From the human T2T-CHM13v2.0 reference genome, Homo sapiens, in assembly GCF_009914755.1 (NCBI RefSeq), contig NC_060933.1: DNA of 64,000 bases; one strand, 5' to 3'. Below are positions 49,101 through 62,300 of this stretch, one piece after another; position 1 is the stretch's first letter; every line of letters starts with the position of its first letter. Under the pieces are notes generated by a model. It was not told where the DNA came from. It saw only the letters and a program-made list of their open reading frames with translations, and ran no database searches. The translations under genes and the position numbers were made by a program.

Positions 49101-52100
49101 TCGTTGGAAACGGGATTACATATAAAATCTAGAGAGAAGCATTCTCAGGAACTTCTTTGTGATGTTTGCATTCACGTCACAGAACTGAACATTCCCTTTC
49201 ATAGAGCATGTTTGAAACACTCTTTCTGTAGTATCTGCAAACGGACATTACAAACGCTTTCAGGCCTATGGTGAGAAAGGAAATATCTTCAAATAAAAAC
49301 TAGACAGAAGCATTCTCAGAAACTTATTTGCGATGTGTGTCCTCAACTAACAGAGTTGAACCTTTCTTTTGATACAGCATTTTGGAAACACTCTTTTTGT
49401 GGAATCTGCAAGTGGATATTTGGATAGCTTTGAAGGTTTCGTTGGAAACGGGAATATCTTCATATAAAATCAAGACAGAAGCATTCTCAGAAACTTCTCT
49501 GTGATGTTTGCATTCAACTCATAGAGTTGAACACTTCCCTTCATACAGCAGGTTTGAAACACTCTTTTTGTAATATTTGGAAGTGGACATTTGCAGCGCT
49601 TTGAGGCCTATGATGAAAAAGGAAATATCTTCCCATAAAAACTAGACAGAAGCATTCTCAGAAACTTGTTTGTGATGTGTGTATTCAACTAACAGAGATG
49701 AACCTTTCTTTTTACAGAGCAGTTTTGAAACACTCTTTTTGTGGAATCTGAAAGTGGATATTTGGATAGCTTTGCGGATTTCGTTGGAAACGGGATTACA
49801 TATAAAATCTAGGGAGAAGCATTCTCAGGAACTTCTTTGTGATGTTTGCATTCAAGTCACAGAACTGAACATTCCCTTTCATAGAGCAGGTTTGAAACAC
49901 TCTTTCTGTAGTATCTGCAAGCGGACGTTTTAAGCGCTTTCAGGCCTGTGGTGAGAAAGGAAATATCTTCAAATAAAAACTAGACAGAAGCATTCTCAGA
50001 AACTTATTTGCGATGTGTGTCCTCAACTAACAGAGTTGAACCTTTCTTTTGATACAACATTTTGGAAACACTCTTTTTGTAGAATCTGCAAGTGGATATT
50101 TGGATAGCTTTGAAGGTTTCGTTGGAAACGGGAATATCTTCATATGAAATCAAGACAGAAGCATTCTCAGAAACTTCTCTGTGATGTTTGCATTCAACTC
50201 ATAGAGTTGAACACTTCCCTTCATACAGCAGGTTTGAAACACTCTTTTTCTAATATTTGGAAGTGGACATTTGCAGCGCTTTGAGGCCTATGTTGAAAAA
50301 GGAAATATCTTCTCCTAAAAACCAGACAGAAGCATTCTCAGAAACTTCCTTGTGATGTGTGTACTCAAGTAACAGAGTTGAACCTTCCTTTTGACGGAGC
50401 AGTTTTGAAGCACTCTTTTTGTAGAATCTGCAAGTGGATATTTTGATACCTTTGTGGATTTCGTTGGACACGGGATATCTTCATATAAAATCTAGACAGA
50501 AGCATTCTCAGAAACTTCTTTGTGCTGTATGTCCTCAATTAACAGAGTTGAACCTTTGTGTGGATACAGCATTTTGGAAACATTCCTTTAGTAGAATCTG
50601 CAAGTTGATATTTAGATAGCTAGGAAGATTTCCTTGGAAACGGGAGTATCTTCATATAAAATCTAGACGGAAGCATTCTCAGAAAGTGCTTTGTGATGTT
50701 TGCATTCAAGTCACAGAGTTGAATATTCCCTTTTATAGAGCAGGTTTGAAACACTCTTTCTGCACTACCTGGAAGTGGACATTTGGAGCGCTTTGAGGCC
50801 TATGTTGAAAAAGGAAATATCTTCCCATAAAAACTAGACAGAAGCATTCTCAGAAACTTGTTTGTGATGTGTGTATTCAACTAACAGAGATGAACCTTTC
50901 TTTTTACAGAGCAGTTTTGAAACACTCTTTTTGTGGAATCTGAAAGTGGATATTTGGATAGCTTTGAGGATTTCGTTGGAAACGGGATTACATATAAAAC
51001 CTAGAGAGAAGCATTCTCAGGAACTTCTTTTTGATGTTTGCCTTCAAGTCACAGGACTGAACATTCCCTTTCATAGAGCAGGTTTGAAACACTCTTTCTG
51101 TAGTATCTGCAAGCTGACGTTTCAAGCGCTTTCAGGCCTATGGTGAGAAAGGAAATATCTTCAAGTAAAAACTAGACAGAAGCATTCTCAGAAACTTATT
51201 TGCCATGTGTGTTCTCAACTAACAGAGTTGAACCTTTGTTTTGATACGGCATTTTGGAAACACTCTTTTTGTAGAATCTGCAGGTGGATATTCGGATAGC
51301 TTTGAAGGTTTCGTTGGAAACGGGAATATCTTCATATAAAATCTAGACGGAAGCATTGTCAGAAACTGCTTTGTGATGTTTTCATTCAAGTCACAGAGTA
51401 GAATGTTCCCTGTTATATACCAGGTTTGAGACACTCTTTCTGCACTACCTGGAAGTGGACATTTGCAGCGCTTTGAGGCCTATGATGAAAAAGGAAATAT
51501 CTTCCCATAAAAACTAGACAGAAGCATTCTCAGAAACTTGTTTGTGATGTGTGTATTCAACTAACAGAGATGAACCTTTCTTTTTACAGAGCAGTTTTGA
51601 AACACTCTTTTTGTGGAATCTGAAAGTGGATATTTGGATAGCTTTGAGGATTTCGTTGGAAACGGGATTACATATAAAATCTAGAGAGAAGCATTCTCAG
51701 GAACTTCTTTGTGATGTTTGCATTCACGTCACAGAACTGAACATTCCCTTTCATAGAGCATGTTTGAAACACTCTTTCTGTAGTATCTGCAAACGGACAT
51801 TTCAAACGCTTTCAGGCCTATGGTGAGAAAGGAAATATCTTCAAATAAAAACTAGACAGAAGCATTCTCAGAAACTTATTTGCGATGTGTGTCCTCAACT
51901 AACAGAGTTGAACCTTTCTTTTGATACAACATTTTGGAAACACTCTTTTTGTGGAATCTGCAAGTGGATATTTGGATAGCTTTGAAGGTTTCGTTGGAAA
52001 CGGGAATATCTTCATATAAAATCAAGACAGAAGCATTCTCAGAAACTTCTCTGTGATGTTTGCATTCAACTCATAGAGTTGAACACTTCCCTTCATACAG

Positions 52101-53396
52101 CAGGTTTGAAACACTCTTTTTGTAATATTTGGAAGTGGACATTTGCAGCGCTTTGAGGCCTATGATGAAAAAGGTAATATCTTCCCATAAAAACTAGACA
52201 GAAGCATTCTCAGAAACTTGTTTGTGATGTGTGTATTCAACTAACAGAGATGAACCTTTCTTTTTACAGAGCAGTTTTGAAACACTCTTTTTGTGGAATC
52301 TGAAAGTGGATATTTGGATAGCTTTGCGGATTTCGTTGGAAACGGGATTACATATAAAATCTAGGGAGAAGCATTCTCAGGAACTTCTTTGTGATGTTTG
52401 CATTCAAGTCACAGAACTGAACATTCCCTTTCATAGAGCAGGTTTGAAACACTCTTTCTGTAGTATCTGCAAGCGGACGTTTTAAGCGCTTTCAGGCCTG
52501 TGGTGAGAAAGGAAATATCTTCAAATAAAAACTAGACAGAAGCATTCTCAGAAACTTACTTGCGATGTGTGTCCTCAACTATCAGAGTTGAACCTTTCTT
52601 TTGATACAACATTTTGGAAACACTCTTTTTGTAGAATCTGCAAGTGGATATTTGGATAGCTTTGAAGGTTTCGTTGGAAACGGGAATATCTTCATATGAA
52701 ATCAAGACAGAAGCATTCTCAGAAACTTCTCTGTGATGTTTGCATTCAACTCATAGAGTTGAACACTTCCCTTCATACAGCAGGTTTGAAACACTCTTTT
52801 TCTAATATTTGGAAGTGGACATTTGCAGCGCTTTGAGGCCTATGTTGAAAAAGGAAATATCTTCTCCTAAAAACCAGACAGAAGCATTCTCAGAAACTTC
52901 CTTGTGATGTGTGTACTCAAGTAACAGAGTTGAACCTTCCTTTTGACGGAGCAGTTTTGAAGCACTCTTTTTGTAGAATCTGCAAGTGGATATTTTGATA
53001 CCTTTGAGGATTTCGTTGGACACGGGATATCTTCATATAAAATCTAGACAGAAGCATTCTCAGAAACTTCTTTGTGCTGTATGTCCTCAATTAACAGAGT
53101 TGAACCTTTGTGTGGATACAGCATTTTGGAAACATTCCTTTAGTAGAATCTGCAAGTTGATATTTAGATAGCTAGGAAGATTTCCTTGGAAACGGGAATA
53201 TCTTCATATAAAATCTAGACGGAAGCATTCTCAGAAAGTGCTTTGTGATGTTTGCATTCAAGTCACAGAGTTGAATATTCCCTTTTATAGAGCAGGTTTG
53301 AAACACTCTTTCTGCACTACCTGGAAGTGGACATTTGGAGCGCTTTGAGGCCTATGTTGAAAAAGGAAATATCTTCCCATAAAAACTAGACAGAAG
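43189..53396 (+). repeat. Four consecutive Z-X-Y 15-mer HORs (2552 bp each)
   Basis: Starts at 43189, 45741, 48293 and 50845 with an exact 2552-bp period. Confidence 0.95.
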
Positions 53397-56300
53397 CATT
53401 CTCAGAAACTTGTTTGTGATGTGTGTATTCAACTAACAGAGATGAACCTTTCTTTTTACAGAGCAGTTTTGAAACACTCTTTTTGTGGAATCTGAAAGTG
53501 GATATTTGGATAGCTTTGAGGATTTCGTTGGAAACGGGATTACATATAAAACCTAGAGAGAAGCATTCTCAGGAACTTCTTTTTGATGTTTGCCTTCAAG
53601 TCACAGGACTGAACATTCCCTTTCATAGAGCAGGTTTGAAACACTCTTTCTGTAGTATCTGCAAGCTGACGTTTCAAGCGCTTTCAGGCCTATGGTGAGA
53701 AAGGAAATATCTTCAAGTAAAAACTAGACAGAAGCATTCTCAGAAACTTATTTGCCATGTGTGTTCTCAACTAACCGAGTTGAACCTTTGTTTTGATACG
53801 GCATTTTGGAAACACTCTTTTTGTAGAATCTGCAGGTGGATATTCGGATAGCTTTGAAGGTTTCGTTGGAAACGGGAATATCTTCATATAAAATCTAGAC
53901 GGAAGCATTCTCAGAAACTGCTTTGTGATGTTTTCATTCAAGTCACAGAGTAGAATGTTCCCTGTTATATACCAGGTTTGAGACACTCTTTCTGCACTAC
54001 CTGGAAGTGGACGTTTGGAGCGCTTTGAGGCCTATGTTGAAAAAGGAAATATCTTCCCATAAAAAGTAGACAGAAGCATTCTCAGAAACTTGTTTGTGAT
54101 GTGTGTATTCAACTAACAGAGATGAACCTTTCTTTTTACGGAGCAGTTTTGAAACACTCTTTTTGTGGAATCTGAAAGTGGATATTTGGATAGCTTTGAG
54201 GATTTCGTTGGAAACGGGATTACATATAAAATCTAGAGAGAAGCATTCTCAGGAACTTCTTTGTGATGTTTGCATTCAAGTCACAGAACTGAACATTCCC
54301 TTTCATAGAGCAGGTTTGAAACACTCTTTCTGTAGTATCTGCAAGCTGACGTTTCAAGCGCTTTCAGGCCTATGGTGAGAAAGGAAATATCTTCAAGTAA
54401 AAACTAGACAGAAGCATTCTCAGAAACTTATTTGCGATGTGTGTTCTCAACTAACAGAGTTGAACCTTTGTTTTGATATGGCATTTTGGAAACACTCTTT
54501 TTGTAGAATCTGCAGGTGGATATTCGGATAGCTTTGAAGGTTTCGTTGGAAACGGGAATATCTTCATATAAAATCTAGACGGAAGCATTCTCAGAAACTG
54601 CTTTGTGATGTTTTCATTCAAGTCACAGAGTAGAATGTTCCCTGTTATATACCAGGTTTGAGACACTCTTTCTGCACTACCTGGAAGTGGACATTTGCAG
54701 CGCTTTGAGGCCTATGATGAAAAAGGAAATATCTTCCCATAAGAACTAGACAGAAGCATTCTCAGAAACTTGTTTGTGATGTGTGTATTCAACTAACAGA
54801 GATGAACCTTTCTTTTTACAGAGCAGTTTTGAAACACTCTTTTTGTGGAATCTGAAAGTGGATATTTGGATAGCTTTGAGGATTTCGTTGGAAACGGGAT
54901 TACATATAAAATCTAGAGAGAAGCATTCTCAGGAACTTCTTTGTGATGTTTGCATTCACGTCACAGAACTGAACATTCCCTTTCATAGAGCATGTTTGAA
55001 ACACTCTTTCTGTAGTATCTGCAAACGGACATTTCAAACGCTTTCAGGCCTATGGTGAGAAAGGAAATATCTTCAAATAAAAACTAGACAGAAGCATTCT
55101 CAGAAACTTATTTGCGATGTGTGTCCTCAACTAACAGAGTTGAACCTTTCTTTTGATACAACATTTTGGAAACACACTTTTTATAGAATCTGCATGTGGA
55201 TATTTGAATAGCTTTGAAGGTTTCGTTGGAAACGGGAATATCTTCAAATAAAAACTAGACAGAAGCATTCTCAGAAACTTATTTGCGATGTGTGTCCTCA
55301 ACTAACAGAGTTGAACCTTTCTTTTGATACAACATTTTGGAAACACTCTTTTTGTAGAATCTGCAAGTGGATATTTGGATAGCTTTGAAGGTTTCGTTGG
55401 AAACGGGAATATCTTCATATGAAATCAAGACAGAAGCATTCTCAGAAACTTCTCTGTGATGTTTGCATTCAACTCATAGAGTTGAACACTTCCCTTCATA
55501 CAGCAGGTTTGAAACACTCTTTTTGTAATATTTGGAAGTGGACATTTGCAGCGCTTTGAGGCCTATGATGAAAAAGGTAATATCTTCCCATAAAAACTAG
55601 ACAGAAGCATTCTCAGAAACTTGTTTGTGGTGTGTGTATTCAACTAACAGAGATGAACCTTTCTTTTTACAGAGCAGTTTTGAAACACTCTTTTTGTGGA
55701 ATCTGAAAGTGGATATTTGGATAGCTTTGAGGATTTCGTTGGAAACGGGATTACATATAAAACCTAGAGAGAAGCATTCTCAGGAACTTCTTTGTGATGT
55801 TTGCATTCAAGTCACAGAACTGAACATTCCCTTTCATAGAGCAGGTTTGAAACACTCTTTCTGTAGTATCTGCAAGCTGACGTTTCAAGCGCTTTCAGGC
55901 CTATGGTGAGAAAGGAAATATCTTCAAGTAAAAACTAGACAGAAGCATTCTCAGAAACTTATTTGCGATGTGTGTTCTCAACTAACAGAGTTGAACCTTT
56001 GTTTTGATACGGCATTTTGGAAACACTCTTTTTGTAGAATCTGCAGGTGGATATTCGGATAGCTTTGAAGGTTTCGTTGGAAACGGGAATATCTTCATAT
56101 AAAATCTAGACGGAAGCTTTCTCAGAAACTGCTTTGTGATGTTTTCATTCAAGTCACAGAGTAGAATGTTCCCTGTTATATACCAGGTTTGAGACACTCT
56201 TTCTGCACTACCTGGAAGTGGACATTTGCAGCGCTTTGAGGCCTATGATGAAAAAGGAAATATCTTCCCATAAAAACTAGACAGAAGCATTCTCAGAAAC

Positions 56301-59300
56301 TTGTTTGTGATGTGTGTATTCAACTAACAGAGATGAACCTTTCTTTTTACAGAGTAGTTTTGAAACACTCTTTTTGTGGAATCTGAAAGTGGATATTTGG
56401 ATAGCTTTGAGGATTTCGTTGGAAACGGGATTACATATAAAATCTAGAGAGAAGCATTCTCAGGAACTTCTTTGTGATGTTTGCATTCACGTCACAGAAC
56501 TGAACATTCCCTTTCATAGAGCATGTTTGAAACACTCTTTCTGTAGTATCTGCAAACGGACATTTCAAACGCTTTCAGGCCTATGGTGAGAAAGGAAATA
56601 TCTTCAAATAAAAACTAGACAGAAGCATATTCAGAAACTTATTTGCGATGTGTGTCCTCAACTAACAGAGTTGAACCTTTCTTTTGATACAACATTTTGG
56701 AAACACTCTTTTTGTGGAATCTGCAAGTGGATATTTGGATAGCTTTGAAGGTTTCGTTGGAAACGGGAATATCTTCATATAAAATCAAGACAGAAGCATT
56801 CTCAGAAACTTCTCTGTGATGTTTGCATTCAACTCATAGAGTTGAACACTTCCCTTCATACAGCAGGTTTGAAACACTCTTTTTGTAATATTTGGAAGTG
56901 GACATTTGCAGCGCTTTGAGGCCTATGATGAAAAAGGAAATATCTTCCCATAAAAACTAGACAGAAGCATTCTCAGAAACTTGTTTGTGATGTGTGTATT
57001 CAACTAACAGAGATGAACCTTTCTTTTTACAGAGCAGTTTTGAAACACTCTTTTTGTGGAATCTGAAAGTGGATATTTGGATAGCTTTGCGGATTTCGTT
57101 GGAAACGGGATTACATATAAAATCTAGGGAGAAGCATTCTCAGGAACTTCTTTGTGATGTTTGCATTCAAGTCACAGAACTGAACATTCCCTTTCATAGA
57201 GCAGGTTTGAAACACTCTTTCTGTAGTATCTGCAAGCGGACGTTTTAAGCGCTTTCAGGCCTGTGGTGAGAAGGGAAATATCTTCAAATAAAAACTAGAC
57301 AGAAGCATTCTCAGAAACTTATTTGCGATGTGTGTCCTCAACTAACAGAGTTGAACCTTTCTTTTGATACAACATTTTGGAAACACTCTTTTTGTAGAAT
57401 CTGCAAGTGGATATTTTGATAGCTTTGAAGGTTTCGTTGGAAACGGGAATATCTTCATATGAAATCAAGACAGAAGCATTCTCAGAAACTTCTCTGTGAT
57501 GTTTGCATTCAACTCATAGAGTTGAACACTTCCCTTCATACAGCAGGTTTGAAACACTCTTTTTCTAATATTTGGAAGTGGACATTTGCAGCGCTTTGAG
57601 GCCTATGTTGAAAAAGGAAATATCTTCTACTAAAAACCAGACAGAAGCATTCTCAGAAACTTCCTTGTGATGTGTGTACTCAAGTAACAGAGTTGAACCT
57701 TCCTTTTGACGGAGCAGTTTTGAAGCACTCTTTTTGTAGAATCTGCAAGTGGATATTTTGATACCTTTGAGGATTTCGTTGGACACGGGATATCTTCATA
57801 TAAAATCTAGACAGAAGCATTCTCAGAAACTTCTTTGTGCTGTATGTCCTCAATTAACAGAGTTGAACCTTTGTGTGGATACAGCATTTTGGAAACATTC
57901 CTGTAGTAGAATCTGCAAGTTGATATTTAGATAGCTAGGAAGATTTCCTTGGAAACGGGAATATCTTCATATAAAATCTAGACGGAAGCATTCTCAGAAA
58001 GTGCTTTGTGATGTTTGCATTCAAGTCACAGAGTTGAATATTCCCTTTTATAGAGCAGGTTTGAAACACTCTTTCTGCACTACCTGGAAGTGGACATTTG
58101 GAGCACTTTGAGGCCTATGTTGAAAAACGAAATATCTTCCCATAAAAACTAGACAGAAGCATTCTCAGAAACTTGTTTGTGATGTGTGTATTCAACTAAC
58201 AGAGATGAACCTTTCTTTTTACAGAGCAGTTTTGAAACACTCTTTTTGTGGAATCTGAAAGTGGATATTTGGATAGCTTTGAGGATTTCGTTGGAAACGG
58301 GATTACATATAAAACCTAGAGAGAAGCATTCTCAGGAACTTCTTTTTGATGTTTGCCTTCAAGTCACAGGACTGAACATTCCCTTTCATAGAGCAGGTTT
58401 GAAACACTCTTTCTGTAGTATCTGCAAGCTGACGTTTCAAGCGCTTTCAGGCCTATGGTGAGAAAGGAAATATCTTCAAGTAAAAACTAGACAGAAGCAT
58501 TCTCAGAAACTTATTTGCCATGTGTGTTCTCAACTAACAGAGTTGAACCTTTGTTTTGATACGGCATTTTGGAAACACTCTTTTGGTAGAATCTGCAGGT
58601 GGATATTCGGATAGCTTTGAAGGTTTCGTTGGAAACGGGAATATCTTCATATAAAATCTAGACGGAAGCATTCTCAGAAACTGCTTTGTGATGTTTTCAT
58701 TCAAGTCACAGAGTAGAATGTTCCCTGTTATATACCAGGTTTGAGACACTCTTTCTGCACTACCTGGAAGTGGACGTTTGGAGCGCTTTGAGGCCTATGA
58801 TGAAAAAGGAAATATCTTCCCATAAAAACTAGACAGAAGCATTCTCAGAAACTTGTTTGTGATGTGTGTATTCAACTAACAGAGATGAACCTTTCTTTTT
58901 ACAGAGCAGTTTTGAAACACTCTTTTTGTGGAATCTGAAAGTGGATATTTGGATAGCTTTGAGGATTTCGTTGGAAACGGGATTACATATAAAATCTAGA
59001 GAGAAGCATTCTCAGGAACTTCTTTGTGATATTTGCATTCAAGTCACAGAACTGAACATTCCCTTTCATAGAGCAGGTTTGAAACACTCTTTCTGTAGTA
59101 TCTGCAAGCTGACGTTTCAAGCGCTTTCAGGCCTATAGTGAGAAAGGAAATATCTTCAAGTGAAAACTAGACAGAAGCATTCTCAGAAACTTATTTGCGA
59201 TGTGTGTTCTCAACTAACAGAGTTGAACCTTTGTTTTGATATGGCATTTTGAAAACACTCTTTTTGTAGAATCTGCAGGTGGATATTCGGATAGCTTTGA

Positions 59301-62300
59301 TGGTTTCGTTGGAAACGGGAATATCTTCATATAAAATCTAGACGGAAGCATTCTCAGAAACTGCTTTGTGATGTTTTCATTCAAGTCACAGAGTAGAATG
59401 TTCCCTGTTATATACCAGGATTGAGACACTCTTTCTGCACTACCTGGAAGTGGACATTTGCAGCGCTTTGAGGCCTATGATGAAAAAGGAAATATCTTCC
59501 CATAAAAACTAGACAGAAGCATTCTCAGAAACTTGTTTGTGATGTGTGTATTCAACTAACAGAGATGAACCTTTCTTTTTACAGAGCAGTTTTGAAACAC
59601 TCTTTTTGTGGAATCTGAAAGTGGATATTTGGATAGCTTTGAGGATTTCGTTGGAAACGGGATTACATATAAAATCTAGAGAGAAGCATTCTCAGGAACT
59701 TCTTTGTGATGTTTGCATTCACGTCACAGAACTGAACATTCCCTTTCATAGAGCATGTTTGAAACACTCTTTCTGTAGTATCTGCAAACGGACATTTCAA
59801 ACGCTTTCAGGCCTATGGTGAGAAAGGAAATATCTTCAAATAAAAACTAGACAGAAGCATTCTCAGAAACTTATTTGCGATGTGTGTCCTCAACTAACAG
59901 AGTTGAACCTTTCTTTTGATACAACATTTTGGAAACACTCTTTTTGTAGAATCTGCAAGTGGATATTTGGATAGCTTTGAAGGTTTCGTTGGAAACGGGA
60001 ATATCTTCATATAAAATCAAGACAGAAGCATTCTCAGAAACTTCTCTGTGATGTTTGCATTCAACTCATAGAGTTGAACACTTCCCCTCATACAGCAGGT
60101 TTGAAACACTCTTTTTGTAATATTTGGAAGTGGACATTTGCAGCGCTTTGAGGCCTATGATGAAAAAGGTAATATCTTCCCATAAAAACTAGACAGAAGC
60201 GTTCTCAGAAACTTGTTTGTGATGTGTGTATTCAACTAACAGAGATGAACCTTTCTTTTTACAGAGCAGTTTTGAAACACTCTTTTTGTGGAATCTGAAA
60301 GTGGATATTTGGATAGCTTTGCGGATTTCGTTGGAAACGGGATTACATATAAAATCTAGGGAGAAGCATTCTCAGGAACTTCTTTGTGATGTTTGCATTC
60401 AAGTCACAGAACTGAACATTCCCTTTCATAGAGCAGGTTTGAAACACTCTTTCTGTAGTATCTGCAAGCGGACGTTTTAAGCGCTTTCAGGCCTGTGGTG
60501 AGAAGGGAAATATCTTCAAATAAAAACTAGACAGAAGCATTCTCAGAAACTTATTTGCGATGTGTGTCCTCAACTAACAGAGTTGAACCTTTCTTTTGAT
60601 ACAACATTTTGGAAACACTCTTTTTGTAGAATCTGCAAGTGGATATTTGGATAGCTTTGAAGGTTTCGTTGGAAACGGGAATATCTTCATATGAAATCAA
60701 GACAGAAGCATTCTCAGAAACTTCTCTGTGATGTTTGCATTCAACTCATAGAGTTGAACACTTCCCTTCATACAGCAGGTTTGAAACACTGTTTTTCTAA
60801 TATTTGGAAGTGGACATTTGCAGCGCTTTGAGGCCTATGTTGAAAAAGGAAATATCTTCTCCTAAAAACCAGACAGAAGCATTCTCAGAAACTTCCTTGT
60901 GATGTGTGTACTCAAGTAACAGAGTTGAACCTTCCTTTTGACGGAGCAGTTTTGAAGCACTCTTTTTGTAGAATCTGCAAGTGGATATTTTGATACCTTT
61001 GAGGATTTCGTTGGACACGGGATATCTTCATATAAAATCTAGACAGAAGCATTCTCAGAAACTTCTTTGTGCTGTATGTCCTCAATTAACAGAGTTGAAC
61101 CTTTGTGTGAATACAGCATTTTGGAAACATTCCTTTAGTAGAATCTGCAAGTTGATATTTAGATAGCTAGGAAGATTTCCTTGGAAACGGGAATATCTTC
61201 ATATAAAATCTAGACGGAAGCATTCTCAGAAAGTGCTTTGTGATGTTTGCATTCAAGTCACAGAGTTGAATATTCCCTTTTATAGAGCAGGTTTGAAACA
61301 CTCTTTCTGCACTACCTGGAAGTGGACATTTGGAGCGCTTTGAGGCCTATGTTGAAAAACGAAATATCTTCCCATAAAAACTAGACAGAAGCATTCTCAG
61401 AAACTTGTTTGTGATGTGTGTATTCAACTAACAGAGATGAACCTTTCTTTTTACAGAGCAGTTTTGAAACACTCTTTTTGTGGAATCTGAAAGTGGATAT
61501 TTGGATAGCTTTGAGGATTTCGTTGGAAAAGGGATTACATATAAAACCTAGAGAGAAGCATTCTCAGGAACTTCTTTTTGATGTTTGCCTTCAAGTCACA
61601 GGACTGAACATTCCCTTTCATAGAGCAGGTTTGAAACACTCTTTCTGTAGTATCTGCAAGCTGACGTTTCAAGCGCTTTCAGGCCTATGGTGAGAAAGGA
61701 AATATCTTCAAGTAAAAACTAGACAGAAGCATTCTCAGAAACTTATTTGCCATGTGTGTTCTCAACTAACAGAGTTGAACCTTTGTTTTGATACGGCATT
61801 TTGGAAACACTCTTTTTGTAGAATCTGCAGGTGGATATTCGGATAGCTTTGAAGGTTTCGTTGGAAACGGGAATATCTTCATATAAAATCTAGACGGAAG
61901 CATTCTCAGAAACTGCTTTGTGATGTTTTCATTCAAGTCACAGAGTAGAATGTTCCCTGTTATATACCAGGTTTGAGACACTCTTTCTGCACTACCTGGA
62001 AGTGGACGTTTGGAGCGCTTTGAGGCCTATGTTGAAAAAGGAAATATCTTCCCATAAAAACTAGACAGAAGCATTCTCAGAAACTTGTTTGTGATGTGTG
62101 TATTCAACTAACAGAGATGAACCTTTCTTTTTACAGAGCAGTTTTGAAACACTCTTTTTGTGGAATCTGAAAGTGGATATTTGGATAGCTTTGAGGATTT
62201 CGTTGGAAACGGGATTACATATAAAATCTAGAGAGAAGCATTCTCAGGAACTTCTTTGTGATGTTTGCATTCACGTCACAGAACTGAACATTCCCTTTCA

